This document shows positions 18,752-28,359 of a DNA stretch of 64,000 bases, one piece after another. The DNA lies in the NCBI GenBank assembly GCA_964600165.1, contig CAZRIP010000005.1:48-64047 (forward strand), written 5' to 3'. A model generated the notes under the pieces. That model was not told where the DNA came from, did not search any database, and was given only the letters and a program-made list of their open reading frames with translations. This DNA comes from an uncultured Elusimicrobia bacterium. Its GTDB lineage: Bacteria > Elusimicrobiota > Elusimicrobia > UBA1565 > UBA9628. The stretch's first letter is position 1; the number at the start of each line of letters is the position of its first letter. The translations under genes and the position numbers were made by a program.

Positions 18752-19773
18752 GCCTCGGCGAGCTGTAAAAACGACGCCGGCCCCGCGACGTCCGGGGGAA
18801 GCGCGGCGAAATAATCCTCGAGCAGCCGGCGGACCACGGCGACGTCGAAGGTGCGGCAGACCTCGCCGCGCAGCGTCTTCGAGTTCGGCAGGCCGAAGGT
18901 GTACCACGTCGTCACGCGGCGCATCATCACGGCCGCCTGGCGCTCGCCGTTGTGCTCGATCTCGAGGGCGAGGTGGCGCAGCGCCGTGTCGCGCCGCTCG
19001 GCGATGGAAGGCACGTACGGGCGTTCGTCGCGGCCCGAGAGCGCGAGTTGGAGATTGCGATAGACCCACGGGTTGCCCAGGCCGGCGCGGCCGATCATGA
19101 TCCCGTCGCAGCCGCTGATTTCGCGGATGCGCCGCGCGTCCTCGCCGGTCACGACGTCGCCGTTGCCGATCACGGGAATCTTGACCGCGCGCTTGACCTT
19201 GCCGATCGCCTCGTAATCCGAGCGGCCGGTGTAGAGCTGATCGCGCGTGCGGCCGTGGATCGTGACGGCGTTCAAGCCCTGCGCCTGGGCGCGGAGCGCG
19301 AGCGCCACGGCTTCGTCTCCGGAGCCGTCCGAGAACCCCTTGCGCGTCTTGAACGTGACCGGGATCTTCTTGACGGCTCGCCGCACGGCCTTGAAGACGG
19401 CCTCGGCCTTGTCGGGCTCTTTGAGCAGCGCCGAGCCCTCGCCGTTGGTCGTCACCTTGCGGACCGGGCAGCCCAGGTTCAAGTCGATGAGGTCAAAGCC
19501 CATCCCCTCGAGGCGCGCCGCGGCCTCGCCCATCTGCGCCGGGTCGCAGCCGAGGAGCTGGGCGCCGAGCGGCCGGTCCGCGGGCACGGTCTTGAGCATC
19601 CGCAGCGTCTTCGCGTTATCGCGCACCAAAGCCTGGGCCGAGACCATTTCGAGAAACGAGAAAGCCAAGCCTTTCTCGCGCGCCACCAGGCGAAACGGCA
19701 GGTCGCTGCAAGCGGCCAGCGGCGATTGGATGACGAGCGAGGGAAGCGTCAGGCTTCCCAGACGGAGCTGCAT
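18748..19773 (-). CDS. dusB: tRNA-dihydrouridine synthase
   Basis: Dus TIM-barrel motifs LNLGCP and HGRTR; the size is typical for the family. Confidence 0.9.
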   Translation of the reverse strand: MQLRLGSLTLPSLVIQSPLAACSDLPFRLVAREKGLAFSFLEMVSAQALVRDNAKTLRMLKTVPADRPLGAQLLGCDPAQMGEAAARLEGMGFDLIDLNLGCPVRKVTTNGEGSALLKEPDKAEAVFKAVRRAVKKIPVTFKTRKGFSDGSGDEAVALALRAQAQGLNAVTIHGRTRDQLYTGRSDYEAIGKVKRAVKIPVIGNGDVVTGEDARRIREISGCDGIMIGRAGLGNPWVYRNLQLALSGRDERPYVPSIAERRDTALRHLALEIEHNGERQAAVMMRRVTTWYTFGLPNSKTLRGEVCRTFDVAVVRRLLEDYFAALPPDVAGPASFLQLAEA

Positions 19774-19794
19774 TATTATATTTTACCACTTCAT

Positions 19795-20790
19795 ATGAAG
19801 CCCAAGCTCCTGATCACGCGCGCGATCCCCGACGAGGCCAAGAAGCTCCTGACGCCCCACTTCGAGATCGACCAATACGACAAGCACACGGCGATCCCGC
19901 GCCCGCTGCTGCTCAAGAAGATCAAGGACAAAGACGGCCTGTTGTGCATCCTGACCGAGAAAGTTAATCAAGAGCTCTTGGACGCGGCGCCCAAGCTCAA
20001 GGCCGTCGCGACTTATTCGGTCGGCTTCGACCACGTCGACGTGAAGGCCTGCTCGGCGCGCGGCGTCGCCGTCGTCAACACGCCGGGCGTGCTGACCGAG
20101 ACGACCGCCGATTTCACGTGGGCGCTGCTGATGGCGGCGGCGCGCCGCGTCGTCGAGGGCGACAAGTTCATGCGCGCGGGCAAGTACGAGGCGTGGGACC
20201 CGATGATGATCCTGGGCGTCGACGTGTTCGGCAAGACCCTCGGCGTCGTCGGCTTCGGCCGCATCGGCCAGGCCGTCGCCCGGCGCGCCGCCGGCTTCGG
20301 CATGCGCGTCCTCTATTACGACACGCAGCGCCTGTTTCCAGAGGTCGAGAAGCAGTTCGGCGCTTCTTTCCGCGATTTCAACGACCTGCTGCGCGAGTCA
20401 GACTTCGTGAGCTTGCACACCGTCCTCGACTCGACGACACATCACCTCATCGACGACCGCGCCTTCGGCTTCATGAAGCGCTCGGCGATCCTCATCAACG
20501 CGGCGCGCGGTCCCATCGTCGATGAGAAAGCGCTCGTCAAGGCGCTCAAGTCCGGCCGCATCCGCGGCGCCGGACTCGACGTTTACGAGTTCGAGCCGAA
20601 GATGGTCCCGGGCCTGTCCAAGCTGCCGAACCTAGTGCTCGCGCCGCATCTGGCGAGCGCCTCCTTGGAGACGCGCACCAAGATGGGCACGATGGCCGCG
20701 CAGGGCCTCGTCGACGCGCTCGTGCACAAGAAAAAGCCGCAGCACCCGGTCAATCCCGAGGTCTGCGACAAGATCGGCGTCGCGGCATGA
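19795..20790 (+). CDS. D-isomer-specific 2-hydroxyacid dehydrogenase (glyoxylate/hydroxypyruvate reductase-like)
   Basis: NAD-binding motif GVVGFGRIGQAV and the catalytic region LINAARGPIVDE...LDVYEFEP. It is divergent from dusB across a 21-bp AT-rich gap. Confidence 0.85.
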   Translation: MKPKLLITRAIPDEAKKLLTPHFEIDQYDKHTAIPRPLLLKKIKDKDGLLCILTEKVNQELLDAAPKLKAVATYSVGFDHVDVKACSARGVAVVNTPGVLTETTADFTWALLMAAARRVVEGDKFMRAGKYEAWDPMMILGVDVFGKTLGVVGFGRIGQAVARRAAGFGMRVLYYDTQRLFPEVEKQFGASFRDFNDLLRESDFVSLHTVLDSTTHHLIDDRAFGFMKRSAILINAARGPIVDEKALVKALKSGRIRGAGLDVYEFEPKMVPGLSKLPNLVLAPHLASASLETRTKMGTMAAQGLVDALVHKKKPQHPVNPEVCDKIGVAA

Positions 20791-21296
20791 AGAAGATCGC
20801 CGTCTTGATCGAGCAGCAGTACCAGGAGACGGAAGTCTGGGTCCCCTACTACCGTTTGAAGGAGGCGGGCCACCAAGCGATCCTCGTCGGGCCTGAAAAG
20901 GGCAAGACCTATCCGAGCAAGTTCGGCTACCCCGCCGTCGCCGAGGCCGACTACAAGTCCATCAAGGCGAAAGACCTCGCCGGAGTCGTCGTTCCCGGCG
21001 GCTTCGCGCCCGACTTCATGCGCCGCTCGCCCGACGCGGCCAAGCTCGTCGCCGAGGTCTTCAAAGCCGGGAAAATGACGGCGTCGATCTGCCATGGCGC
21101 GTGGATCTTGTGCTCCGCGGGGGTACTAAAAGGTAGGAGAGCGACTTGCTTCTACGCGATCGCCGACGACGTGAAGAACGCCGGCGCCAAATACGTCGAC
21201 GAGGAGTGCGTCGTCGACGGGAACCTGATCACCTCGCGCAAGCCCGAGGACCTTCCTGCCTTCTGCGCCGCGCTCGTCCAAGCGCTCGCGCGCTAG
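20787..21296 (+). CDS. DJ-1/PfpI family protein
   Basis: 169 aa with the nucleophile elbow ICHGAW. ATGA overlap with the upstream gene. Confidence 0.85.
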   Translation: MKKIAVLIEQQYQETEVWVPYYRLKEAGHQAILVGPEKGKTYPSKFGYPAVAEADYKSIKAKDLAGVVVPGGFAPDFMRRSPDAAKLVAEVFKAGKMTASICHGAWILCSAGVLKGRRATCFYAIADDVKNAGAKYVDEECVVDGNLITSRKPEDLPAFCAALVQALAR

Positions 21297-21300
21297 CCCG

Positions 21301-21375
21301 AGGCTCGACTCTCCTCAAAGAGAGTTGAGACTTTCAACCATCGCTGGCGATAGTTGAGATTTGAATCATGATCCG
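21301..21375. repeat. copy A of a roughly 70-bp intergenic sequence motif (copy B lies at 63344-63450)
   Basis: Alignment of the two copies shows two conserved blocks. One block, CATCGCTGG-GATAGT-GAG-T-GAAT-T-GATCC, matches at 29 of 35 positions. The other, CTC-ACTCTCC..AAAG....TTTCAAC, matches at about 75%. Confidence 0.45.
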
Positions 21376-21394
21376 CCGCGCGGCGGATGCCGAG

Positions 21395-22054
21395 CTAGCG
21401 GTACTTATTCAAAAACCGCAGGTTCGCCGCGACGATGGCCTCGACGCGCGGCAGCATGAAGGGCGTGAAGGTGTCCCCCGAGTCGAGCGGGACGTGGACG
21501 ACGGTGCAGTATTCGGCGACGTCGGCGCGCAGGCGCCGCAGCACGTAGCGCTTGCGCCGCGGCGTGCGCGGCTTGCGCGAGAGGATTTTGCCGAGCACGT
21601 CGAGCCGCAGGCGCTGCGTGAGCTCCCCGACGAGCTTTTCCCAGGAAGGGCTCCGCTCTGAAACGTGCTTGCGCTCCTCGACGAAGAGGGTATTGGGCTG
21701 GAGCTTGCGAACGATCCCTTCGATCCACGCCGCGTCCGGCCGAGGCTCCGCGGAGAGATGGATCGCGAGGTCGGCGAAGTCCCCGCGCGAGAGGAGCTTC
21801 TCGTAGAGGGTGCGGTAATCGGCGAAGCGCTCCTCGGCGACCGGGCCGGCCTTGAGCTCTCTCAAAAGCTGCCGCGAGGTCTTTTGGAACAGCTCGGTCT
21901 TGAGCGCGGCCAGGGGCTCCTCGATCTGCAGCAGCTTGTCGCGCATGTAGAGCCAGGGGTCTCGCTCGCGCGTGAGGTGCGACCCGCGCCACTGGCAGAA
22001 CTCGGCCAGGCGCGCGACGATGACGAGCTGATGCGAGGTCGTCGCCTCGCTCAA
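21395..22054 (-). CDS. hypothetical protein (start uncertain: TTG overlapping the upstream stop as TTGA, or ATG at 21946)
   Basis: Coding-like codon usage from LSEATTSHQLVIVARLAEF to the stop. The 5' extension in the track overlaps the upstream gene in another frame. Confidence 0.4.
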   Translation of the reverse strand: MSEATTSHQLVIVARLAEFCQWRGSHLTRERDPWLYMRDKLLQIEEPLAALKTELFQKTSRQLLRELKAGPVAEERFADYRTLYEKLLSRGDFADLAIHLSAEPRPDAAWIEGIVRKLQPNTLFVEERKHVSERSPSWEKLVGELTQRLRLDVLGKILSRKPRTPRRKRYVLRRLRADVAEYCTVVHVPLDSGDTFTPFMLPRVEAIVAANLRFLNKYR

Positions 22055-22779
22055 GAGCCTTCGTCCTCGGGGAGGTGGTGAAGAAAGAACTCGGGGGCGA
22101 TGCGTCCGTCGAAGGAGCCCTGGTCCCAGCTGTCGAACTCGTAGACGTCCGCCGCGCCGTTTTTCCACGGGTCGAAGGCCAGGCAGATCGTCGGGACCTC
22201 GGCGCCCGCGGGGGCGCAGGCGATGGCGGCGGTGTGCCAGGGCCGGGTCTGGCGCGGACCATCGCGGAGGTCCCAGCCTTGCGGCTTGAGCTTGAGCAGC
22301 TCCGCCCACACCGCGTCGGACCAGTCCGCGCAGGTGCCCTTCGCGCGCGCGAGCTGGCGTCGCAGCTTCTTGAGCTCGGAGGTCTTGTCGTCGACGGCCT
22401 CTTCGAGGCGGTCGGCGTCGGCCATGGTCTTCGCTTTGGCCTTCAGGTCTTTGAGGCGCTGGAGCTCGGTCTCCCGCTGGGCGACCGACTCCTCCAGCTG
22501 GCGTCCCGGCAGGCGCGCTTCCTCGGGGTGCTCGATGAGCTCGCCGCTTTCCAGACCGGCGCGCCAGCCGTCGTCGAGGCGTTTTTGCACGAGCTCGGCG
22601 TAGCGCCCATAGAGCTTTCGCAGCTCGACGAGCTCGGGTTTGGAGAGAAGCGAGATCTCGCGTACGGCCTCATCGGCCGGGTCGGTCTTCTTCGGCAGGT
22701 TCAGCGGATCGGCGTTGAGATCGAAAATGCCCGCCTGTGAGACGGGGGCCAGCAGCAGGGCCAAACACAAGACCGTCAT
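22051..22779 (-). CDS. hypothetical secreted coiled-coil protein
   Basis: Signal-peptide-like N-terminus MTVLCLALLLAPVSQA. Central charged region with a heptad pattern, RLKDLKAKAKTMADADRLEEAVDDKTSELKKLRRQLARAK. Confidence 0.5.
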   Translation of the reverse strand: MTVLCLALLLAPVSQAGIFDLNADPLNLPKKTDPADEAVREISLLSKPELVELRKLYGRYAELVQKRLDDGWRAGLESGELIEHPEEARLPGRQLEESVAQRETELQRLKDLKAKAKTMADADRLEEAVDDKTSELKKLRRQLARAKGTCADWSDAVWAELLKLKPQGWDLRDGPRQTRPWHTAAIACAPAGAEVPTICLAFDPWKNGAADVYEFDSWDQGSFDGRIAPEFFLHHLPEDEGS

Positions 22780-22847
22780 AGGATCAGCATAGCAGGTTTG
22801 TCCCTCAAGTCAAGCGGCGGGCCGTCGATTTTTGTAGAATTTGAAAC

Positions 22848-24989
22848 ATGACCGATCATTCCGCGCAGTGGCACGTTCCCGAGCGTCTTTCTCGCCTCAA
22901 AGACCTCGCCTACAACCTCTGGTGGAGCTGGCATCCCGAGGCCCGCGCCTTGTTCAAGGAGATCGATCTGGCGCTGTGGTCCGAAAGCCACCACAACCCC
23001 GTTTACCTGCTTCAGCGCTCGCAGACCCGACTGGCGGCCCTCGCCAACGACCCCCTGTTCCTCGCGCGCTACGACGCGGTCATCCGGACCTTCGAGCAAT
23101 ACCTGGCCGGCGAGGACACCTGGTTCAAGCGCCGCCATCCGGAGTTCGCCGGCAAGTCCGTGGCCTACTTCTCGGCCGAGTTCGGCCTGCACAACTCGCT
23201 CAAGATCTACTCGGGCGGCCTGGGCATCCTCGCGGGCGACCACTGCAAGACGGCCTCGGACCTCGGCGTGCCGCTCGTCGGCGTCGGCTTCATGTATCCG
23301 CAAGGCTACGGCGCCCAGCGCATCAGCGTCGACGGCTGGCAGCAGAACGTCTACGAGCAGATCGACTGGAACGTCTCGCCGGTGCGGCCGCTGATGAACC
23401 CCGACGGGTCGCGGCTGATCATCGACGTCGGCTGGGGCGGCTGGAAGCTGCACGTCGGCGTCTGGGAGGTCGTGGTCGGGCGCGTCAAGCTGCTGTTGAT
23501 GGACACCAACGTCGACGGCAACTCGCCCAACGACCGCGAGATCAGCGGCAGGCTCTATGGGGGGGACAGAACGACTCGTCTCAGGCAAGAGATCGTGCTC
23601 GGGATCGGCGGCGTCCGCCTGCTGCGCGCTCTTAAGGTTCCGGCCGCCGTCTTCCATGCCAACGAGGGCCACTCCTCGTTTCTTTTCGTCGAGATCCTGC
23701 GCGAGAAGATCAAGGAAGGCAAGAGCTACGATCTGGCCGCGCGCGAGGTGGCCGAGGCGTCGGTCTTCACGACGCACACCCCCGTCGAGGCCGGTCACGA
23801 CGTCTTCGACGAGCAGCTGGTCGCCGAGTACTTCAAGGCCTATTGGGCGGAGCTCGGCATGGATCAGGAGCGCTTCCTCGCGCTGGCCCGCGCGCCGGGC
23901 GAGCACGGCTGGAACATGACGGCCCTCGCGCTCAAGCTCGCGGGACGGCGCAACGCGGTCTCGCGCCGGCATGGCTTTGTCTCGCGCAAGATGTGGCACA
24001 AGCTTTGGCCCGACAAGGCGGAAGACGACGTGCCCGTGTCGCACGTCACCAACGGCGTCCATATGGCGACCTGGGTCCAGGCCGATCTCGGGCGCTCGTT
24101 CTCCAAGCACCTCGGCGAGGGCTTCTGGGACAGCCAGGACGACCCGGCGATCTGGTCGAAGGTGGCCGCGATCCCCGACGACGAGCTTTGGACGCTCCAT
24201 CAGCGCAACAAGACGGAGCTCTTTCGCCTCTTGCGCTTTCGAGCGCGCGAGCGCTGGACGCGCGGCCAGGCCGACGCCGCGCAGATGGTCGCGTCCGGAG
24301 CGCTGCTCGACCACGGCGCGCTGACGATCGGCTTCGCGCGGCGCTTCGCGGGCTACAAGCGCGCGACGCTCATCCTGCGCGACCTCGACCGCCTCAAGAG
24401 GCTCCTGCTCGACGCGCAGCGTCCCGTGCAGATCGTCTTCGCGGGCAAGGCTCATCCCGCCGACGACGGCGGCAAGGCGCTGATCCAGCAGGTCTATCGC
24501 GTCGCGCGCGATCCCGCGTTCGGCGGCCGCATCGGCTTCATCGAGGACTACGACATGCACGTGGCGCGCTATCTCGTGCAGGGCTGCGATCTTTGGCTCA
24601 ACAATCCGCTCGCGCCCATGGAAGCCTGCGGGACGTCCGGCGAGAAGGCCGCGATGAACGGCGTGCCGAACTTCTCCGTGCTCGACGGCTGGTGGGAGGA
24701 GGGCTTCAACGGGTCGAACGGCTGGGCGATCGGCCAGGCGGGCGGCAGAGGCTCGGGCGACGCGGCCGACGCCGCCGACGCCGCCGACGCCGAGGACATC
24801 TACCGCGCTCTCGAGGAAAAGATCGTCCCCTTATATTACGACCGCAGCGACCGCGTGCCGCGCGGCTGGGTCAAGGTGATGAAGGAGTCGATCCGCTCGG
24901 TGGCGCCGCGCTTCTGCGGCAACCGCATGGTCAAGGACTACGTGGAGCAGCTCTACGTTCCTTCGGCTGCGGCGACGGCCGCGCGCTAG
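22848..24989 (+). CDS. glgP: alpha-glucan family phosphorylase (GT35; GlgP/maltodextrin phosphorylase-like)
   Basis: 713 aa containing conserved blocks FSAEFGLHNSLKIYSGGLGILAGDH, FTTHTPVEAGHD and the PLP region FAGKAHPADDGGK. Confidence 0.9.
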   Translation: MTDHSAQWHVPERLSRLKDLAYNLWWSWHPEARALFKEIDLALWSESHHNPVYLLQRSQTRLAALANDPLFLARYDAVIRTFEQYLAGEDTWFKRRHPEFAGKSVAYFSAEFGLHNSLKIYSGGLGILAGDHCKTASDLGVPLVGVGFMYPQGYGAQRISVDGWQQNVYEQIDWNVSPVRPLMNPDGSRLIIDVGWGGWKLHVGVWEVVVGRVKLLLMDTNVDGNSPNDREISGRLYGGDRTTRLRQEIVLGIGGVRLLRALKVPAAVFHANEGHSSFLFVEILREKIKEGKSYDLAAREVAEASVFTTHTPVEAGHDVFDEQLVAEYFKAYWAELGMDQERFLALARAPGEHGWNMTALALKLAGRRNAVSRRHGFVSRKMWHKLWPDKAEDDVPVSHVTNGVHMATWVQADLGRSFSKHLGEGFWDSQDDPAIWSKVAAIPDDELWTLHQRNKTELFRLLRFRARERWTRGQADAAQMVASGALLDHGALTIGFARRFAGYKRATLILRDLDRLKRLLLDAQRPVQIVFAGKAHPADDGGKALIQQVYRVARDPAFGGRIGFIEDYDMHVARYLVQGCDLWLNNPLAPMEACGTSGEKAAMNGVPNFSVLDGWWEEGFNGSNGWAIGQAGGRGSGDAADAADAADAEDIYRALEEKIVPLYYDRSDRVPRGWVKVMKESIRSVAPRFCGNRMVKDYVEQLYVPSAAATAAR
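24768..24794 (+). repeat. perfect 9-bp tandem repeat (GACGCCGCC) x3 inside glgP, encoding DAADAADAA
   Basis: Read directly from the sequence; it is in frame within an acidic linker. Confidence 0.5.
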
Positions 24990-24995
24990 CGGCCG

Positions 24996-25313
24996 TCAGC
25001 TGTCGATCCAGTCGAGCGTCTCGCCCTTGTCGTTGAGGACGATGAACGCGGCCTTGAGCTTGTCTTCTCGCGCCCGCTTGCGCGCGGCGTAGATCGCGTC
25101 GACGGCTTCCTCGTGGGTCTCGAAGTCGCCGAGCTTGATTAATCCGTTATCGCGCCGCGCCGCGCGGTAGAAGCGCTTCTCGACGGGATCGACGGCGAGC
25201 AGCGCCGTGACGTCGGCCGGGATCTGGCTCGCGCCGTGCTTCTTGATGAAGCGGATGACGAACGCGGCGAGGATGAACGGCAAGACAAGATAGAAAAAGA
25301 GGATCTGAAGCAT
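24996..25313 (-). CDS. small membrane-anchored hypothetical protein
   Basis: 105 aa with an N-terminal hydrophobic helix LQILFFYLVLPFILAAFVIRFI and a coding-like GC3 bias. Confidence 0.5.
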   Translation of the reverse strand: MLQILFFYLVLPFILAAFVIRFIKKHGASQIPADVTALLAVDPVEKRFYRAARRDNGLIKLGDFETHEEAVDAIYAARKRAREDKLKAAFIVLNDKGETLDWIDS

Positions 25314-25347
25314 CCTGCCGGGATTTTACAACTTTGTAGAATGGGCC

Positions 25348-26898
25348 ATGGCGGCACGGCGATTGTTTTGGGCAGCGCTGCTCATCGGCGGGGGCGCGCT
25401 GCTGCTGACGGGCCTGGGGCGGCGCGACCTGTGGCAAGACGAAGCCGAGACGGCCCTGCTCGCGCGCAGCGTCCTGGTCCACGGCAAGCCGGTCGCTTTC
25501 GACGGCCTCAACGTCGTCTCGGGCGAGACGAGCCACGAGTTCGGACCTGATTACGTCTGGCGCTGGTCGCCGTGGCTGCAGATCTACGTCGTCGCCGGCG
25601 CGTTCAAGACGCTCGGCGAGGGCGCGGCCCAAGCGCGCCTTCCCTTCGCGCTCATCGGGCTCTGCTGCCTGCCGCTGACCTTTTGGTGGGTGCGCCGTCT
25701 GTTCGAAGACGAGCGGCTCGCGCGGCTTTCGGCGGGCTTGCTCGCCGTCCACGTGCCTTTTCTCTTGCACATGCGCCAAGCCCGCTGGTACGCCCTCGCG
25801 GCGGCCGCCGCGTGCGGGCTGCTGGGCTTTGGCCCCGCGCTGCTCAAGGGAGGCCGGCGCCGCGACGTCATCGGGGCCGCGCTGTGCGCCGCCGTCTTGT
25901 TCTACGCGAATTTCCTCGTGGCGGCGGCGCTGTTCGTCGCGTTCGCGCTCGGAGCCCTCGCGCTCGGCGTCGACCGGAAGGGCCTTAAGGCGCTGGGCGC
26001 GGCGCTGGCGCTGGCGGCGCTCTTGTGCCTGCCCGGCATCCTGCTCCATCGCGGGATGGCGGGCCAGGAAGCGGCGCGGTTTCTGGTCATGAAGACGGTG
26101 CGGCAGGCCTTCGGCTACGGCGCGTGGACGCTGCTTTGGATCTGCCCGCTGCCGGTCTTCGCGCTCGCGCTCTGGCACGGCCGCGGCGACCGGCGCGCGA
26201 GGTTTCTCGCGCTCTCGCTCGGCGGGCTCGTCTTGGCGCTGGCGCTCGGGCCGTGGAGATTTTTTCGCTACTTGGTGCCGCTCGCGCCGGTCGGCGCCGC
26301 GCTCGAGGCCTACGCGCTGTCGAGCCTGTGGAAAAAAAGCCGCGCGGGCGCCGTCCTGCTCGGCGCCGTCCTCGTCTGCACGGACCTGCTCAGCGCGCCG
26401 CTTTACCTCACCTTGCCCAAGAAGCTCGGCACCTTCGACCGAAACAAGATCGTCGGGGAGATCGGCTCGCCTCTTTTGGGCTACTTCCGCGAGCTCGGGC
26501 ACGAGCTCGACGCGTGCGAGCGCGCCGCCGCCGCCTATCTCAACGCGAACGCCCGTCCCGGCGACGTCGTGCTCGCGACCTACGGCGACCTCGTGCTGCA
26601 GTTCTATACCAAGGGCCTGAAGATCGTCGGCGGCTTCCAGGGGCTCAAGCTGCCGCCCGAGCCGGACTGGATCGTCGTCCAGCCGAACATCCTCTCGTTC
26701 GAGCCCGGCAAGGACGCCGACGTGTTCCGCTTCCTCGCCGCCCGCGTCGACGTGCGCGCCTATGAGCGCGTGCCGCTGTCTTGCGAGAGCGCGATGCTCG
26801 CCGCCTGCCCCGAGCCGTGGACGCACGAATACGTCCCGAGCGACAAGCCCGCCCTCAAGCTCTTGAAACGGATTAAACCGCGGCCTGCTCGCTTTTGA
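25348..26898 (+). CDS. GT39/GT83-type (ArnT/PMT-like) GT-C glycosyltransferase
   Basis: Multi-pass membrane protein with the conserved first-loop motif LWQDEAETAL (DE motif of the ArnT/PMT family). Confidence 0.75.
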   Translation: MAARRLFWAALLIGGGALLLTGLGRRDLWQDEAETALLARSVLVHGKPVAFDGLNVVSGETSHEFGPDYVWRWSPWLQIYVVAGAFKTLGEGAAQARLPFALIGLCCLPLTFWWVRRLFEDERLARLSAGLLAVHVPFLLHMRQARWYALAAAAACGLLGFGPALLKGGRRRDVIGAALCAAVLFYANFLVAAALFVAFALGALALGVDRKGLKALGAALALAALLCLPGILLHRGMAGQEAARFLVMKTVRQAFGYGAWTLLWICPLPVFALALWHGRGDRRARFLALSLGGLVLALALGPWRFFRYLVPLAPVGAALEAYALSSLWKKSRAGAVLLGAVLVCTDLLSAPLYLTLPKKLGTFDRNKIVGEIGSPLLGYFRELGHELDACERAAAAYLNANARPGDVVLATYGDLVLQFYTKGLKIVGGFQGLKLPPEPDWIVVQPNILSFEPGKDADVFRFLAARVDVRAYERVPLSCESAMLAACPEPWTHEYVPSDKPALKLLKRIKPRPARF

Positions 26899-28261
26899 GC
26901 GCGGCGAGCATGTCGCCCTCGCGCGTGAACTTCTCGCGGATCTTGCCGAGCAGCTTGCCTTTCGCGAGCTCGAGCCCGTCGAGCGTCTTCCACTCGCGGA
27001 AAGTCACGTAGCGCACGCCGCGCCCGCTCAATAGCGCCGGCAGGGCCTCGCGATCCGGCAGAGCGCGGTCGGCGGCTCCCGCCGCGTCCTCGAGCATGAG
27101 CTTGACCGTGGCGACGGAGTCCGCGCGATTGGTGCCGATGAGTCCCGACGGCCCGCGCTTGGCCCAGCCGACCACGTATTGCCCCGCGGCGGGCTTGCCG
27201 CCTTCGACGACCCGGCCGTCGACGTTGGCGATCTTGCCGGCCTTGTCGTCGAAGGCCACGCCCGGAATCGGCACGCCGCGATAGCCCACGGAACGGAACG
27301 TCAAGCCGACCGGGATCGTCTCGAATTTGCCGGAGCCCTTCGCTTTCACGGAGCCTTTTTCATCGGCGACGAGCCGGTTCTTCTCGAGCTTCAGGCCGGC
27401 GAGGCGCCCGTCCCCGGCGACCGCCTCGACCGGAGAGACGCAGAAGCGCAGCCGCACTTTCTTGGCGCGCGAGCCCTCTCCGCGCTTGGCGATCTCCTGC
27501 ACGTAATCGACGTTTTTCTTGTTCTCGGGATCGGCATAGTCCTTTTGGGACTCGGGGCCGAGGGCGGTCTCGGCGGGATCGACGACGAGGTCGGCGCTTG
27601 AAAGCTCGCCGATCTCCCGGATCTCGGCGGGCGAATACGCGGCCTGCGCCGGCCCGCGCCGGCCGAGAAGCCAGATCGTCTTGACGCGGCTTTTTCTCAA
27701 AGCGTCGAGCGCGTGAGAGGCGATGTCCGTGCCCCTGAGATTCTCGGGGTCTTCGGCGAGGATGCGGGTGACGTCCATCGCGACGTTGCCGATGCCGATG
27801 ACGGCGACGCTTTCTTGCGAAAGGTCGAAGTCCAGATCGCGGTAATCCGGATGCCCGTTGTACCAGCCGACGAACGCCGTCGCGGAGTGGTTGCCCGCGA
27901 GTTCTTCGCCGGGGATGCCGAGATGCCGGTCGCTTTCGTTGCCGACGGCGTAGACGATCTGGTCGTAGTGCTGGGTCAAATCGGCGACTTGGAGATCTTG
28001 GCCGAGCTTGACGTGGCCGAAGAAGCGGAACGCGGGCTGCTGCGCGACGCGCTCGTAGACGGCCGTGACGCCCTTGATCTTCTGGTGGTCGGGCGCGACG
28101 CCGCCGCGCACGAGCCCGTAGGGGGTCGGCAGCCGGTCGAACATGTCGAGCTGGACGGCGACGTCTTTTTGCTTGAGCAGCGCCTCGGCCGCGTAGAAGC
28201 CGGAAGGGCCGGAGCCGATCACGGCGACGCGCAGCGGACGCTCGGGAGAGCCGATCTTCAT
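26873..28261 (-). CDS. fprA: FprA-type NADPH:ferredoxin (adrenodoxin-like) reductase
   Basis: Start assigned at MKIGSPERPLRVAVIGSGPSGFYAA, the FAD GxGxxG motif, with a second dinucleotide-binding motif VAVIGIGNVAMD. Confidence 0.8.
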   Translation of the reverse strand: MKIGSPERPLRVAVIGSGPSGFYAAEALLKQKDVAVQLDMFDRLPTPYGLVRGGVAPDHQKIKGVTAVYERVAQQPAFRFFGHVKLGQDLQVADLTQHYDQIVYAVGNESDRHLGIPGEELAGNHSATAFVGWYNGHPDYRDLDFDLSQESVAVIGIGNVAMDVTRILAEDPENLRGTDIASHALDALRKSRVKTIWLLGRRGPAQAAYSPAEIREIGELSSADLVVDPAETALGPESQKDYADPENKKNVDYVQEIAKRGEGSRAKKVRLRFCVSPVEAVAGDGRLAGLKLEKNRLVADEKGSVKAKGSGKFETIPVGLTFRSVGYRGVPIPGVAFDDKAGKIANVDGRVVEGGKPAAGQYVVGWAKRGPSGLIGTNRADSVATVKLMLEDAAGAADRALPDREALPALLSGRGVRYVTFREWKTLDGLELAKGKLLGKIREKFTREGDMLAALKSEQAAV

Positions 28262-28359
28262 GGGTTGACCTCGCTCGCAGTATAACAGCCTCGAAAGACC
28301 CATGCAAGCCGGGGCCGAAGGGCCCCCGCGCGGCTTTCGGGTTCCGTCTATCCTTTAGT

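Noticed and set aside
19774-19794. A 21-bp AT-rich gap between divergent dusB and the 2-hydroxyacid dehydrogenase as a shared bidirectional promoter element.
   Set aside because: The gap is too short to host two sets of -35 and -10 elements, so the promoters must lie within the coding regions. It is noted only as tight packing, not as a feature.
24757-24797. The GACGCCGCC x3 repeat in glgP as a phase-variation switch.
   Set aside because: The unit is 9 bp, so any change stays in frame, and it lies in an acidic surface linker of a cytoplasmic enzyme. It is reported only as a simple repeat.
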